Assembly (NCBI GenBank): GCA_001724265.1
Contig: MEDY01000165.1
Span: 1-58,732 of the forward strand
Source: Rhizaria sp. SCN 62-66
Taxonomy: Eukaryota
Length of the DNA: 58,732 nucleotides
Reading direction: 5' to 3'
The position numbers were made by a program, and so were the translations under genes. Of the stretch, positions 1 to 13,500 are shown in pieces. Each line of letters starts with the position of its first letter. Within the stretch, counting starts at the first letter, position 1. The notes beneath the pieces were generated by a model. The model had not been told where the DNA came from. It saw only the letters and a program-made list of their open reading frames with translations, and did not search any database.

Positions 1-66
1 CCGCCAAGTACATCGAACTGCTTGCAACCTTAACATCATTAGATCGACAGATTACAGCAATAGAAC

Positions 67-138
67 GGTCAATTAGCTCAGCGGTAGATCGTTGCTTTCG
101 TAAAGCAAATGTCGTGGGTTCAAACCCCACATTGACCT
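67..138 (+). tRNA. trnT-CGT: tRNA-Thr (anticodon CGT)
   Basis: Folds into a cloverleaf: acceptor stem GGTCAAT/ATTGACC, D arm GCTC-AGCGGTA-GATC, anticodon arm TTGCT-TTCGTAA-AGCAA (anticodon CGT), T arm GTGGG-TTCAAAC-CCCAC, discriminator T. No encoded CCA. Followed by an oligo-dT run. Confidence 0.92.
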
Positions 139-139
139 G

Positions 140-149
140 TTTTTTTTTT
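140..149 (+). terminator. RNA polymerase III oligo-dT terminator of the tRNA gene
   Basis: T10 run starting 2 nt after the tRNA discriminator base, as expected for eukaryotic Pol III termination. Confidence 0.8.
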
Positions 150-1539
150 CTGCGGCGCTCTCGCTAACTTTCCCGCCCCCTCTGCTGCACTCCGCGTACA
201 TTTTTTTTTGTGGTCCGCGCGCGCCTAGGTGTCCGACCCTCTGTCACGCTCCAGCTGCGGTCCGCCACTGCTGTCAAGTCGCAGGCCACTGCCACTCTAT
301 CTGGTGTCTGTTATTAATACCGCTTGTTCGTCGGACGGATGGTAGTCACGCTGGCGGCGCTGGTGCCGGCGAGAGCACGGCGGTGACGTTCGCCGAGATC
401 GAGACAAGCAAGGGCAGCTGTGCGGAGGTCCTCAGGAGCGCAGCAGAGCACAGCCAATCATTCCTCTGCCGCAGCGACGACTGTTGCCACGAGTGGCGCA
501 TGCGGCGGTGTATTATTCACAACTTGTGTGAAATGCACCGACATGACGTCTCACCGCTGCTGTCGTCTGTTTCGCCACCTGAGGCGACCGCGTTCATCGC
601 CGCGTTGCAAACGTCCACCCCAAGCGACATGCTCGGTGTCACAACAGCGCTGCTTGGTGTGGTCCCACAGGCAGAGCGAGCTGCCTCCTCATCGCGTGGC
701 GTTTCGGGGGTATAGCTTGCTCCATCTTGCCGCGAACTTGCTTGCGACCATGAGCAATGTTTCCCCCGTCACAAAGGAAACATGTTAATTATGTATCGAG
801 TCAGCGGTTTTCACTGGAATACACGTTGTTCCTCTCGTGCGCTGTCACGCGAATCTTCGACAGGGAAAATATCTTAGGGGTGTTCCAGGTCATGGTATAC
901 ACACATGTCCGCGCAGGATTTCAGAGTTGAAAGTAAAATATAATGTATAACCGCGCAAATAAAGTCTAATTGCTTGGTTTATATTGCTATAGCCAAATAA
1001 ACAGTCGCGTTATATCGGTTGGAAGTGCTGCAACTGTCTGACGGTGGGCAGGACCGTGGTGGACCGTGTGGGGGCAAAGGGGTTGAGAGGAGCCCTTGAA
1101 GTCGGTTAAATCATGAGAATAGAGGGTCCAACGCGAGGCAGTAAAGTCATGTTTTTGACTCCCGTTATTTTGTATTGATGTTCATATTGCATTCAATTTT
1201 TGGGCTCTGTTGACGGAGACCTGCCTCGTCTGAGCCTTGCGCCAACACAGCTCTTTGAGGAGGCACTGGAAGACAGGCCAATATCTCTCATTCCAGTGTT
1301 TCGAACCGTCATATCCATTTCTTTACACTTCTGACTGATTTTTGTTATTTATCACACATTTAATCATAATTTCATTTGTGCTCGTTTTCTCAACTACTGT
1401 TCTTCTCTCGCTACGTCTTCTTTTGTTCACCCTTAGTGGATTGCGTCAGCAACTTGGCGCAAAACTCCCAGTACCGTTTCGCTGCGAGCCCTCACCTGAC
1501 GGAGTGCTGAGTTCTTCGCACCCGCCTTTGCACGGTTCC

Positions 1540-4500
1540 ATGCGCGGTGCTTTCCGCTCCCGGGCGCTTTGTCGGGAAAGCGGCTCCAGGCTTGATGAGC
1601 CCACACCAACAACAACTCGTCATTCCTCTTCGTCGGGAGATTCTTCTGCCACTACCTCTCTCCCCGCCGCAGTAGCCAGGATCTCAGACTCGAACGGCTC
1701 TTTGATATTGTTTGCGCCGCTACAGCAGCGTGGTTTCCGCGCCCTTACGGCCCTGACGATCTTCATCCTTGCGATTCTCTCCGTTCTCACCTCTTTCCCT
1801 CTATCCGCCACCGCCACCGCCACGGCAGCCGCAGTCTCCCACGCTGAGTCTGCGTCTAACCCCTCCGCCGCTACCGGCTCCCCTGCCGCCGGGTCGCACC
1901 CGCGCTTCTCTCGCGCGCACGCTGAGACGGTTTCGGACGTCTCCTCCCGCGTGCGCGAGGTCCGCGGGCTCGCCAACGATGTGGAGAAGTTCGCAGCCTT
2001 CACCGACGACAGTCTCGACGAGTTCGAGCGCCAGATCGAGGAGATGGCCGCCGAGGCTGTGCAGAACTCGCTCAACAAGGCCGTCACAGAGCTCACGCAG
2101 CTGGCCGCCTCCGCGGCGCCCGGATCGCTGCCCGCGACGATCGTGGCGGCCACGCAGGAACTCAAGAAGCTGCTGGCCAGCGGACACGCAGAGAAGTCCC
2201 ACAACGCCGAGACGCATCTTCAGGACAAAATCGCCCGGTACGCTCGTAAACTATCTTTAAACGAGTTTAATTTTGTACAATTAAACTTTATTTTAGTCAT
2301 AATTTATTGCAATCTCTTTTTCTCTTAAAACTCATAATTTGTGTTCTATACCTCGCTCGTTTTTCTGGACTTTCTCGTTTTCAGGCTGCAGACGCTGCGC
2401 CGCGTGGAGACGGCCCTGCGCAGCGCGCTGGCGACGCACGGCTCGGTGCCGGTGGAGACCGCGGCCGCGCTGGTCTCCGTGGCGCTGCGCGAGCACGCGG
2501 CGGGCACGGCGGAGGAGCTGCTGTCACACGCGCAGAGCCAGGCCGAGACGCAGGTGAAGCGCGCGCGCAAGGGCTACGAGGCCACGGGCTCGGGCGCGGA
2601 CGCCGTGATGCAGCGCGAGTATGCGACGCAGGTGCTGCTGCTCAAGGACCTCACGCGCCAGCTGCGCGACGAAGCCATCAACGCCGCCGCCCCCGCTACG
2701 GACTCGGCGAGCGGCCACGTGGGCGAGGCGCTGACGACGACGGCGACGCAGGCCAAGATCGCGCAGGTGGACGCGCTGCTGGCCGCGCTGTCCAAGGGCG
2801 TGCAGTCGAAGCCGGTGCGCGAGGCTGAGGCGTTCATCCAGGACATGCGTGACTCGCTGGCCGAGGCGGCCACGCCCGGCATCGCGACTGCGCGCGAGGC
2901 CATCGAGTCGCTGCTGTACCGCGCCACGGGCCACCTCACCAAGGCGCCGCCGCATAAGGACATCGACGTCGCGTTCGATCTCATCGAGAAGGTGCTGCAC
3001 CGCGGCCAGAGCGCGGGCAACTATGCGCCCTCGCAGTACGAAGTCACGCAGATGATGATCTCGGACGCCGAGAAGCTCCTGTCGCAGCTGCCACGGCAGA
3101 ACGGCCACGTTCACGCCGCGCGCGCGCTGCTGCGCGTCGCCTTGCGTGGAGAGATGATTGACAAGGCGCGCCAGGCGCTCGAGTCGTCGATCGCGAACTC
3201 CCACGGCAGCCCGAGCCGCAACGGCGACAGCGGCAACGGCGACGGCAACGTGCGCGTGTCGATTCCGCCCGCGGTGGCGGCGGCGGTGCGCGAGGCGCAG
3301 TCGCGGCTGCACTCGCTGCTGTCCCCCGCGGCTGCGGACGGCGACGCGCGGAGCGAGCGCGCGGCCAAGCTCAAAGAGATCGCGGCGATCCGCGCCCTGC
3401 TGAGTCAGCAGGCCGTGGCGCAGCTCGCGGGCAAGGACGTGCTCGCGCTGCTGCGGGAGATTGAGGACCGCGTGCGCGGCGACGACGAGGGCGACGACGA
3501 CGTGCTGGCCGGCGCGCAGGACGACACTATCGACCCCTTCACGGGCAAGCCGTACCCGGTCTCGAAGCACTACGGCAAGAGCGACAAGAGCGGCGGCGGC
3601 GCGTCGGGCCAGGCGCACGAGGACTCGGCGCCGGTCGACGACGCCGACGCGCGCGACGCCAGCGCGCTGCAGGCCATCAAGTACGCGCGCGCCGCGCTGG
3701 AGGTGATCGTTCCCTCCGCCGAGGAGGCCGACGCGCTCAGCGAGCACAGCGAGGCGCTCAATCTCGCGGTCAACGAGCTGCACTTCGCGCAGCGGTCGAT
3801 CACCAAGCGGCGCGCGAGCAAGCTGGAGACGCCCGAGGAGCTCAAGGCGCGCGGCGCGACCATGGGCTCCGAGGCCGCGGCTCTGCGTCTCTCGTGCGCG
3901 CAGACAGTGAACCACCTGGAGCAGGCGGCCAAGCACGTGCGCAACGCCGAGGCGCTGCACCAGGGCAAGTGGACGCAGGAGCAGCTCACGGCGCTCAAGA
4001 ACGGCGAGGCCAGCGTGTTGGAGGGGCTCTACGCGGCGCAGGAAGGGCTCGTGTTGCTGACTGTGCAGGAGGAGAACAGCATCGAGATGCGCGCGGCGCG
4101 GGCGGCGCAGAAGATGGCGGACAAGGAGATGATCGCGAAGCTGGTGCAGTCGGCCGAGGACGCGCTCTCCCGCGTGACCGCGATCGACCCCCGCGTGCGG
4201 CGCGCGCAGGAGATCCTAGCGACGTTGTCGCACCCTTCGCTCGAGATCGGCGAGGCCGAGCGCCAGGTCAACGTCGACAACGCGGAGCGGCTGCTCGCCG
4301 AGGCCGCGGTCGCGCACGCGTCGCCTGAAGTGCAGATCGCGCTGCACGATTTGGCGACGTTTGCCGAGATGCGCGACCTGGATAACGCCAGGACGGCGCT
4401 GTCGCACGCGCCACAGACTCTCGAAGTGGTCTCGGCGCTGGCCGACATTGAGGAGGCCAAGCTCGACCTCACACACCCGGGCCGCAGCCCGCTGGGCTTG

Positions 4501-7500
4501 ACGCGCGAACGCATCCGCCGTGCGCATGGCACACTCATCCAGACCGAGAAGGACATGGACAACATCGCCTCTGCCGGCGTCACGTCGTCCCACGCATCGC
4601 GTTTCCTCGAGTCCGTCGGTGCTCGGTACGTTACGCACACATTCTCTTTTTATTGTCTCGTCATATTGTTTAGCACATTTAATATTAAGCTTTGGACGCT
4701 TTGAATTTTACTCACACCTTTCTGATTCCTGTTTGTTCACCTCTTTCTATCCTTCTCTCAGCATGGAGGCGCTGGCCGAGAAGGGCATCGAGCACCCGGC
4801 GGACCTGTCGCACCACGACAAAGAGCTGGTTGAGGCTGCCTCGCTGGTCAACGCGCTGCACCAGGTCGACGAGCTGGACAAGGCGCGCGACATGCTCAAC
4901 AAGCTTGAAGAGATGCAGCTGCTGCGCATGCGGCCCGCGGACAAGCGCGCGCTGATGCGCGAGCTGCAGGCGCGGCTGGGCGCGGCGGAGCGCACAGTGG
5001 TGACGCGGCGCGCGCACCGGCTGCTGCAGAAGGAGCAGCAGCACAAGGCGATCGACCGCGAGATGGACGAGCTGCGCGCGCAGGCGCACTCGGAGATCGG
5101 CGACGCCGGGCTGGTGGCCGCGATCGACGAGCTGCACGAGCTACAGGAGAAGCTGCACCGCGACTTCAAGCAGGGCAAGGACCTGACGCACCGCGAGGAC
5201 GGGCACGGCATGGGCGACAACAACGACAAGGACGGCGACCAAGAGCCCGACAAGGTGTCGTTCGTGACGCACCGCGCGCAGGACTACGTCAGCTCGGTCC
5301 GCTCGCAGCTCTACGGCGAGAAGGAAACGGACGAGCAGATGACCACGCGCGAGCTCCTCGAGGTCGACGAGATCCTGCGCGAAGTCAAGCCGCTGCACCG
5401 TGGCTTTGCTTCTGCCGGCGAGAACGACCACGAAGAGGGCGAGGACGCTCTCCCGTCGACACACGACGACCTCGCCGCCGCGCTCGCCGCCGTGGAGGAG
5501 CTGCGCATCGCCAAGGTGCGCCAGCACTCGGACGCGGCGCAGCGTGCGCGCATGACGGCGCTGCAGCGCATCGCGTCGCTGATCTCGCGCACCGCGCAGC
5601 GCATGAACCCCGACGATCGCAGCGACGCGTTCCTGCTCTCGCGCGCAGAGCGCATGGTGCGCAAGGCGCTGACCGAGGAGCGCATCGCCGAGGCCGCGCT
5701 CGAAGTCAAGGATCTCCGCAACAGCACTGACGGCAACAAGACGGCCGCGCTGCAGGCCGTCGAGGCCAAGCTGCGCGCCGCGCAGGTCGTCGGCCGCGGC
5801 GGCGACGGCGACGCCGCGAGCAAGCTGCTGTCGTCGGTGCGCGCCGACCTGGAGCGCGCACAAGCCCCGGTCCCGCAGCACCAGATGGCGCGCCTGGCCG
5901 CGCTCGACGCCCTGCGCGAGGCGCAGCGGCCCGGCGCGCGGCCCGAGGAGGAGCTCACCCTGACCGTCAAGGACCTGGGCGTGTTCGGCGACGCCGACGC
6001 GGCGCGCGAGGTGCGCACGGTCATCGAGGGCGTGCTGGTCGCGATCAAGGCACGCGGGCACAAGGACGACGACTACGCGCGCCGCGCGCCAGACTCGAGC
6101 GAGAACCGCGAGATCGTGTCGCTGCTGGCACAGGCCGTGGAGCGGCTTGACTTCGACCACGCGGCCTCGCCCGAGAGGACACGTCATGCGAGCAGCGCGG
6201 AGAAGGCCCGCGTGCGCCGCGCAGAGCTGCTGATCGACTTATCCGAGGCCGAGAAGGCGCTTGAGACGGCGCTGGAGCTGCTGCAGCCACTCGCCAGCGG
6301 CGAGAAGGCCATCGGCCGCGCAGTCAAGATGATCACCGAAGTCTACCACGAGCTGGACCGCAACATGGGCGCAGTCACCGAAGACGACGCCAACAGTGGC
6401 GGCGACAGCAGTAGAGACCGCGAGCGCGCGATGACTGCGGGCCGCACTGAGGTTCTCCGCGAGCTCGACCAGGCCCTCGGCGACATCGCGATCGCGCCGC
6501 TCGAGGTGCAGGAGAAACGCTCTGTGCGCCGCGCCGAGCGCCTGCTCCGCAACGCCTACACCATCTTGGTGCGCCACCACAGCGCCGCGTACGCGATGCG
6601 CTTCCCCAAGACGCCGCCGTTCACGCGCCGCCGCGCCTTCGACCGCGCGCAGCGCGGCCTCCCGCCGCTCGAGAAGTCGCCCAAATCCCGTCATGGCGAC
6701 GACAACGACGACGACGACGAGGACGAGGACGGCGCGAGCAGCGCCGCCGCGCGCGGCAACGGCGACGAGCTGGCGCACGTTGAGGGCCTCATGGAGCAGC
6801 TCAAGTCGATGCCCGCGCTCGCTGACGGGCAGCGCGACGCCGGCGCCGCCCGCCGCCGCGAGCAGCAGCGGTCGCAGCTGCTGGACGAGTTGGAGAAGAC
6901 GGCCGAGGACATCCGCGCGCGGCGCCCCGGCGACCTGGCGCGGCGCCTCGTGCTGCCCGCGCGCGTGACGGAGCGCGACGTGCGCCAGGGCGTGCCGATG
7001 AGCCAGAAGGGCACGTGCACTCACTACCCAGGCGGCGGCTTCCACCTCGCCGCGAAGCAGTGCGTGCCCGACTCGGTCTGCACGCCCACGTCGTGCAACC
7101 ACCACGGGCTGTGCACCATCCTCAGCGGCTCCGTGCACTGCCTCTGTGACCCCGGGTTCGCGACTGAGGGCTCGCGCATGTGCTCCACGTGCACGGCCCG
7201 GTCCGCGCGGTACCCCGACTGCTTCACGCGCGAGCTCACAGACGACTTCGTGCGCGACGCGCTCAACCCGGAGTCGTGCACGGCGCCGCTGCTGCCCACG
7301 TCGCTCAACGCGCCTGGGCTGCTGCACAGCGCGCAGCGCACCGTGCACGTGCAGCAGCAGTACTTCATCAACACGGCCGTCAACTCGCAGTCGACGCACG
7401 TCGTCGTCGAGGAGGAGTCGCTGCTGCGCGTGCACGTCTTTGCCGAGCACGGCGACTTGCTGCAGAGCGCGCGCACCATCGCCGTGCAGCTCGTGCTGCT

Positions 7501-10500
7501 CGACTCGCGCACTGTGATCCACGACGCGTCGCTCTTCTTCGGTGAGCAGGAGGCCGTCATGGCCGCCATCCTCGCCCCCGGCGTCTCGTACGGCATCGTC
7601 TTTACCTACGACGGCGAGGAGATCCACAAGCGCTCGCTTGCGACGCAGCGCGCGTGCCCGACGATGCACTTGGACCTCGCGCTTACGCCGGCGTCTAAGC
7701 TGCAGCAATACGGCGAGACCGCGGCGACCGACGCCATGGACTCCCGCCTCACCGCTGACCCCACGCTCACCCACCAGGTACGGAAAGCAAAGGTCATTCT
7801 CTTCTCCACATTTTTATCAACACTTGAATGCACACAATTATTTCTCTCTCTCTTTCTCACACACTTCATTTTCGCTTGTTTGTGAATCTTTCTTAGGGAA
7901 CGAACCGCAATCCTATTGCGCCTGGCCATGTGCTGGCCCAGGGCGTCATGGAGGGCGCGATCACGCCCGTTGAGGCGGCCGCGCTGGCCGCGGGCCACGG
8001 CGCGTGCGTGTCGCGCCCGCACATCCCGACGTTCCCGGTGGACAAGGACGGCGTGTTTGACGTCCCCACGCTGGGCTTCTACAAGGACGAGCAGCTGGCC
8101 ATTATGACCGGCGACACGGGCCGCGGCCGCGAGACGGCCGACGCGGCGCGCTCCGCGGGGCGTACTGGCGAGCAGCTGGAGCAGGTGGTGTATCTGCTCA
8201 CGTTTGACATCCCCGAGGTGCAGCAGCGGCAGGCCTTTGTCGAGGCGCAGGTCGAGTTCAACTTCGTCTACGGCGACCTGCGCATGATGCTGCGCAACGC
8301 CGCCTCGGAGCTGCTCTACCTCGCCACGCCCGCGCTCAACAGCAACTCGCTCCGTGTCCCGCTGGGCCCCGGGCGCTACTCGCTGACCGTGCTGCTGCTG
8401 CGGCCCAAGGCGGCGCCTGTGCCCGAGCTGCCGTTTAACCTGCCGCACGTGTCCGGCGCGGCGACGGAGCACGCGGTGACGATGCCTGAGTGTCTGATGT
8501 ACACGTTCCGCTTTAAGGCCGACTTCGTGGCCGTGCCCGAGCTCCCCAGCGGCGAGCACCTCGCGCCCGACGACATTTTGACCGAGGACTGCGGCTACAA
8601 CCAGCTGCCCGCGCACCTTAACGTGCCCTCGCTCATGGGCTACCACGGCAACACGCTGCACTTCTTTGACACCTTCCGCTACGAGCCGTTCCAGATGACG
8701 CGCTACACGCACTTTGAGCTGCGTGAGCCGTCGCTGGTGCGCCTCTTCGTGCCGCACGACTCGAACCACCAGCAGGTCGAGATCCGCCTCGTGCACCTGG
8801 ACCACGCTAAGAACTCGTCCGCAGCGCACCGCGGCCACAGTACGGACGCCACTCACCGCGCCGGCTACGGGCTGGACGAGACGCTGTCCGAGGGCGACGC
8901 GTGGGGCGCGCACGACGAGGAGAAGGCGTGGGGCGACTACTCGCAGTACGCCGGCGACTACGACAACGAAGACGGCGTCGCCACCGCGCAGCACGGCGTC
9001 AAGGTCATGGACTACGACAACACCGAGGAGGAGCGCCTCGCCCGCGCGACGCGCCGGCTGCGCGGCGTGCAGGCCACGGACTCAGTGCACACCAACGCCG
9101 CGGAGCACATCGTGGACCGCGGCCGCAACTCGCGCGCGCGCGCCGCCGTCGACGCCACGATCGTGTCCGTCGGCATCATCTCGAAGCGGTACAAGTCCGA
9201 GTGGGTCGTCGCCGAGCTGGCGCCCGGCGCTTACCGGCTCGACTTCCGCGTCTCCGCGTCGCGCTTCTTGCCGCTGACCGAGACCAAATGCGAGGGCTTT
9301 TCGCTCGAGATGTCGGTGCAGCCCGTGCCGCGCGTCGAGAGCATGTCCAACGCCGAGTGCGTCGTCACCGAGACCAACGCGCCCACCATCCCCGAGGACA
9401 TCGTCGACGGGACCGTGATCTTCGGCGCGCGCGCGCAGGCCGCGACCCCCGGCAGCGGCGACGACGAGCGCGAGGGCGCTCGCGCTAAGTCGCTGGGCTA
9501 CTCGTACGTGGCCCGCGTGGAGCGCCAAAACTGGTCGCCGCAGACGCCCGTGGCAACGTGGGAGTTCTGGGTGCGCCAGCTGCCCGAGGACCAGGACGGA
9601 CTTATCTTCGACCTGGAGCTCGAGTACGACTTCACGCGCATCCCGCTCATCGCTTACCTGGAGGAGTCGCTCGACCCGCGCGACAAGGCCGCCGCCGAGT
9701 CCGCCGCGCGCGCACACGCCGTGCGTCGCGCCGAGGAGCGCGACGGTGACGACGCCGCGGACCGGCTGCGCGCGCGGCAGGCCAAGGCGCAGCGCGGCGG
9801 GCTTAAGGGCTTCAAGAGCGCGAACAAGACTGCGGCCGAGCTCGCGGACGAAGTTCTCGCGACCGTGGGTACGCAGGCTCGCGAGCGCCGCGCCGACGGC
9901 GAGCCCGCGACGCTGCAGGACCGCAACTACCAGACGCTGCGCCGCAAGCTCGCGCCCGGCTTCTACCGCCTTGCGCTGTACCTGCTCGCGCCGTACCCGT
10001 TCATCACGATCGGCGTCGACGACGGCCGTCCCGGCCCGCTGGACGACTTTGCGTGCGTCGAGTACGACATGCGCCTGCGCGTTATCTCGCCCAAGGAAGA
10101 GCCGCTTGTCGGCCGCTGCCTCGAGCGCTCGCACCTGCGCCCCGGCCTGATGCGACTGCCCTCGTCGCTGACGTCGATGCGCTTCCTCGGCTCTGACATG
10201 CTGGCGACGCAGACGCAGGTGCAGGGCAGGTTCTTCTTCCCGCGCATGCAACAGACGCAGCACTCGCTGCAGGAGCACCTGGACGCCATCGATGCCGACC
10301 AGTCGCACGCCGTCGCCTTCCACGACTCCAAGGCGCTGTCCAAGCGCCCACCGTCGGTCAAGCGCGTCGAGCTCGTCGTGCCCGCCGTCGCGCTGCTGCG
10401 CTTCGCCGTCGACGCGCTGGGCGTGCCGATGAAGGTGTCGCTGAACCGCGTGCTGTGTCTCTCGCACCCTGGCCGCCCGCTGTCTGAACAGGCCGAGGGC

Positions 10501-13500
10501 AGCGCCACGCGCGCCGAGCCCTGGGTCAAGTACGACATGCACCGCACACTCGCGCGCTCTAAGACCGCCGTGGGCTGCATCGAGAGCGTGTTCTCGTCCA
10601 AGCAGGGCCAGTTCTCGACCGCGCGCTTCGTGGACCCCGGCGTGTACGAGCTCGTGTTCGAGCAGGCGGCGCAGACGGTGGGCGACGACGCGCACGACGC
10701 GGCCGACTGCGTGGGCTTCACGCTGCAGCTCGCGCTCAGCGCCGTGCACGCCATGGCCGAGCCTGACGTGGTGGCCAGCAAGGTCTTCCGCACGGATCGC
10801 GAGTCGGGCCAATACGCAGCATGGGAACACGCCAACCGGCGCGAGCGCGACCGCGACGCGTACGACAAGGACGAGGACGTCGACCCCGAGTTCCTGGCCC
10901 ACGAGGAGACGCGCCGCGAGCTGGCGATCCACCAGAACTTCCGTCCCCACGCGCTGTTGTCGGACCTGGCGCTGTTCCAAGACTTCATTCCACTGTGCCC
11001 CGTGGTGGGCTCGGACCACTCGCCGCCGTCGCCGCCGCCCAAGGTCGAGTCGCTGTATCTGTACGACAGCGTGCGCCGCAACGAGCACCTGTACCTGCAG
11101 CAGCGCTACAACGAGCCGCGCTCGCACTCGATCCGCTTCAGCGTTGCGCACGCGTTCCGGCTCTACGCGCGCATCGCGTTCCCGTTCCTCTCAACGCACC
11201 TCACGCTGACGCTCACGAGCGTGGCCGCCGACGGGCTAACTGAGTACCTGGGCGAGGCGCGCTACAACAGGCATGTCATCGCCGTCGACGTCGCGCACGC
11301 CGGGGAGTGGATCCTCACCATCGCCGACGCGCCGCGCGCGCGCGAGGATACGCTCAAGCACCAAGGCCTCTTCTGCTCGTGGTACACCTTCCGCCTCGAG
11401 ATCGAGCCGCTGTCGCTGTCCGGCGCCGGCCCCTACGGCGGGCTGCTCCCAGCCGCGCTCAACATCCCGCCGCTGAACCTGCTCATGTCTTCGCTGGACC
11501 GCGTGCTCCCGCGCTTCCCCGAGGTGCCTGCGACGCTCAACTCGCCCGCGATGCTGGTGCCGCACCACTCGTTCCACCACTTCGGCGCGCACTCGCTGCT
11601 GCCGCCCGCGCGCCGCGCCGGCACCGCGGCTCACGTCCAGGCCGGGTACCGCCGCAACGAGATCCGTTTCCGTCTGCTGCACCGCTCGCTCGTGCGCGCG
11701 CTGGTGACGCCGGCGGTGCGGCCCTACCTGGACGCGCACATGGGCGCGAAGCTGCTGCTCGACTGCGACGCGTGCGACCCCGTGGCCGTGGGCAAGCGCG
11801 TGGCCGTGCACACGACGCGACACTACTCGTGGCTGCACGGCGAGCTCGACGTGGGCGACTACACGCTCACGATCGAGCCCAAGACGGGGCAGATGCCGCA
11901 ATCGTGGTTCCCGCTGCGCGGTGGCATGGACGTCGTGCTCGAGCTCGCGGTCGCGCCCGTGGCGCACATCCTCACCGGCGCCGACGACAAGCCCTACGAG
12001 CACGACGCGCAGCTGCACCACGCGGCGCCGACGCCCCGCGGCCGCACCGAGGACGGCAAGCGGTACGCGCTGCCCTCGGCCGACGCCGCCACGGACGCGA
12101 GCCGCGGGTGCGTCAAGGTGCTCAAGGAGCAGTCGTTCCACGTGTGCGCGCACTCGGAGACGATGTTCATCCAGCGCGAGAAGAGCCCCGACGACGCGCT
12201 CTCGCTCCACGGCGAGTACGCGCTGTGCCCCGAGCTCCAGGGCCACCGCGTGCACACCATCACGCTGGCGCTGCGCGAGCAATCCACCGTTGGGCTGGCG
12301 CTGCACTACGACTTCCTCATGACGGCGCTGCTGCCCACCATCACGGACGTCGTCAACGGCCACCGCTGGCACGGCGAGCGTATGCAGAACAGCTACCAGC
12401 TCTTCTCCGTGCTGCCCGCCGGCTACTACAACCTCACTATCGACTCGCTCGGTGCGCGCTCCGGCTCCTTGCTGACCGACCCCTGTCTGCGCGACACCTA
12501 CGGCTTCACGCTGCAGGTCACCCCCGTGCGCCCCGACGCCGAGGCGCCCGATGCCGCGGCGCAGTACCAGTCGTGGGCCAAGGCGCAGAAGCTCGCGCAC
12601 ACGATCCGCAAGCACAACATCCCAGCCGCCGCGCTGACCGAGACGGACCCGCTTGCGCGCGCCGTCCCGGCGAGAGCGGCCGCCGACGCCGCGGGGGCCA
12701 CGGTGGCGACCCCGGCCGAGCGCGCGCAGATCCACGCTCGCATCGCGCTGCTGCGCGCCGCCAAGGCGTCGCACCAGGGTCCCGCGTCTGAGGCGGCGTC
12801 GCTGGCGCTGTCGCCGGTGCTGCAGGCGTTCCACGCCGACGCCGCCGACGCGCAGATCGCGCGCGCGCTCGCCGCGGGCGCCACATGCCCGAATCCCGAG
12901 ATCCCCGCGCTGCTGCTGCCGCGCGACACCGAGGTCGTGATCACGTCGGCCGACGGGACGCAGATGCAGCAGGCGCGCCGCACGTGGCAGCCGCGCACGC
13001 GGTCGTCGCTGCAGAAGCTGCACAGCGATGAGGAGGCCGTGCGTCGCGACCACGTGGGCGTCAGCGAGGCGGGCGAGTTCGCCGAGCAGGCCGCCAAGGC
13101 GGGCCACGGTGAGGCCGTCGAGGCCAGCAACCTCAACGCACTCGCACTGGCTTACACGCCTGAGTTCTTCGCGCGCCTCTCGATGCCGTATGTGCGCGCG
13201 TACCCCGGCGACGGCTCCGTCTCGGCGTGGGTGCCCGAGTCTGGCGAGGCGCTGCCGCACGGCGTCACGCGCACGCTCGGCCTCAGCACGGTCGAGGAGT
13301 CGCTACTCTTCGTCGACATCCGCGCGCACTCGCCCGCTGTGCGCGAGCGCGCGCTGCAGGCCTGGTCCGTGGCGGCCGATGGCACGCGCCACGACGCCGA
13401 GGACGAGAAGGACGCGTCGCTGGCGCTGCCCGACGAACGCACAGGCGCGCACTCGGGCATCGACCTGCGTCCGCGCATCACGTACGAGTTCAACCGCGGG

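Noticed and set aside
1342-1539. Hydrophobic N-terminal extension of ORF 1342-2328 (MLFITHLIIISF...)
   Set aside because: It starts at TTG in AT/pyrimidine-rich, intron-like sequence ending in an acceptor-like TTAG (~1436). The hydrophobicity is a T-richness artefact.
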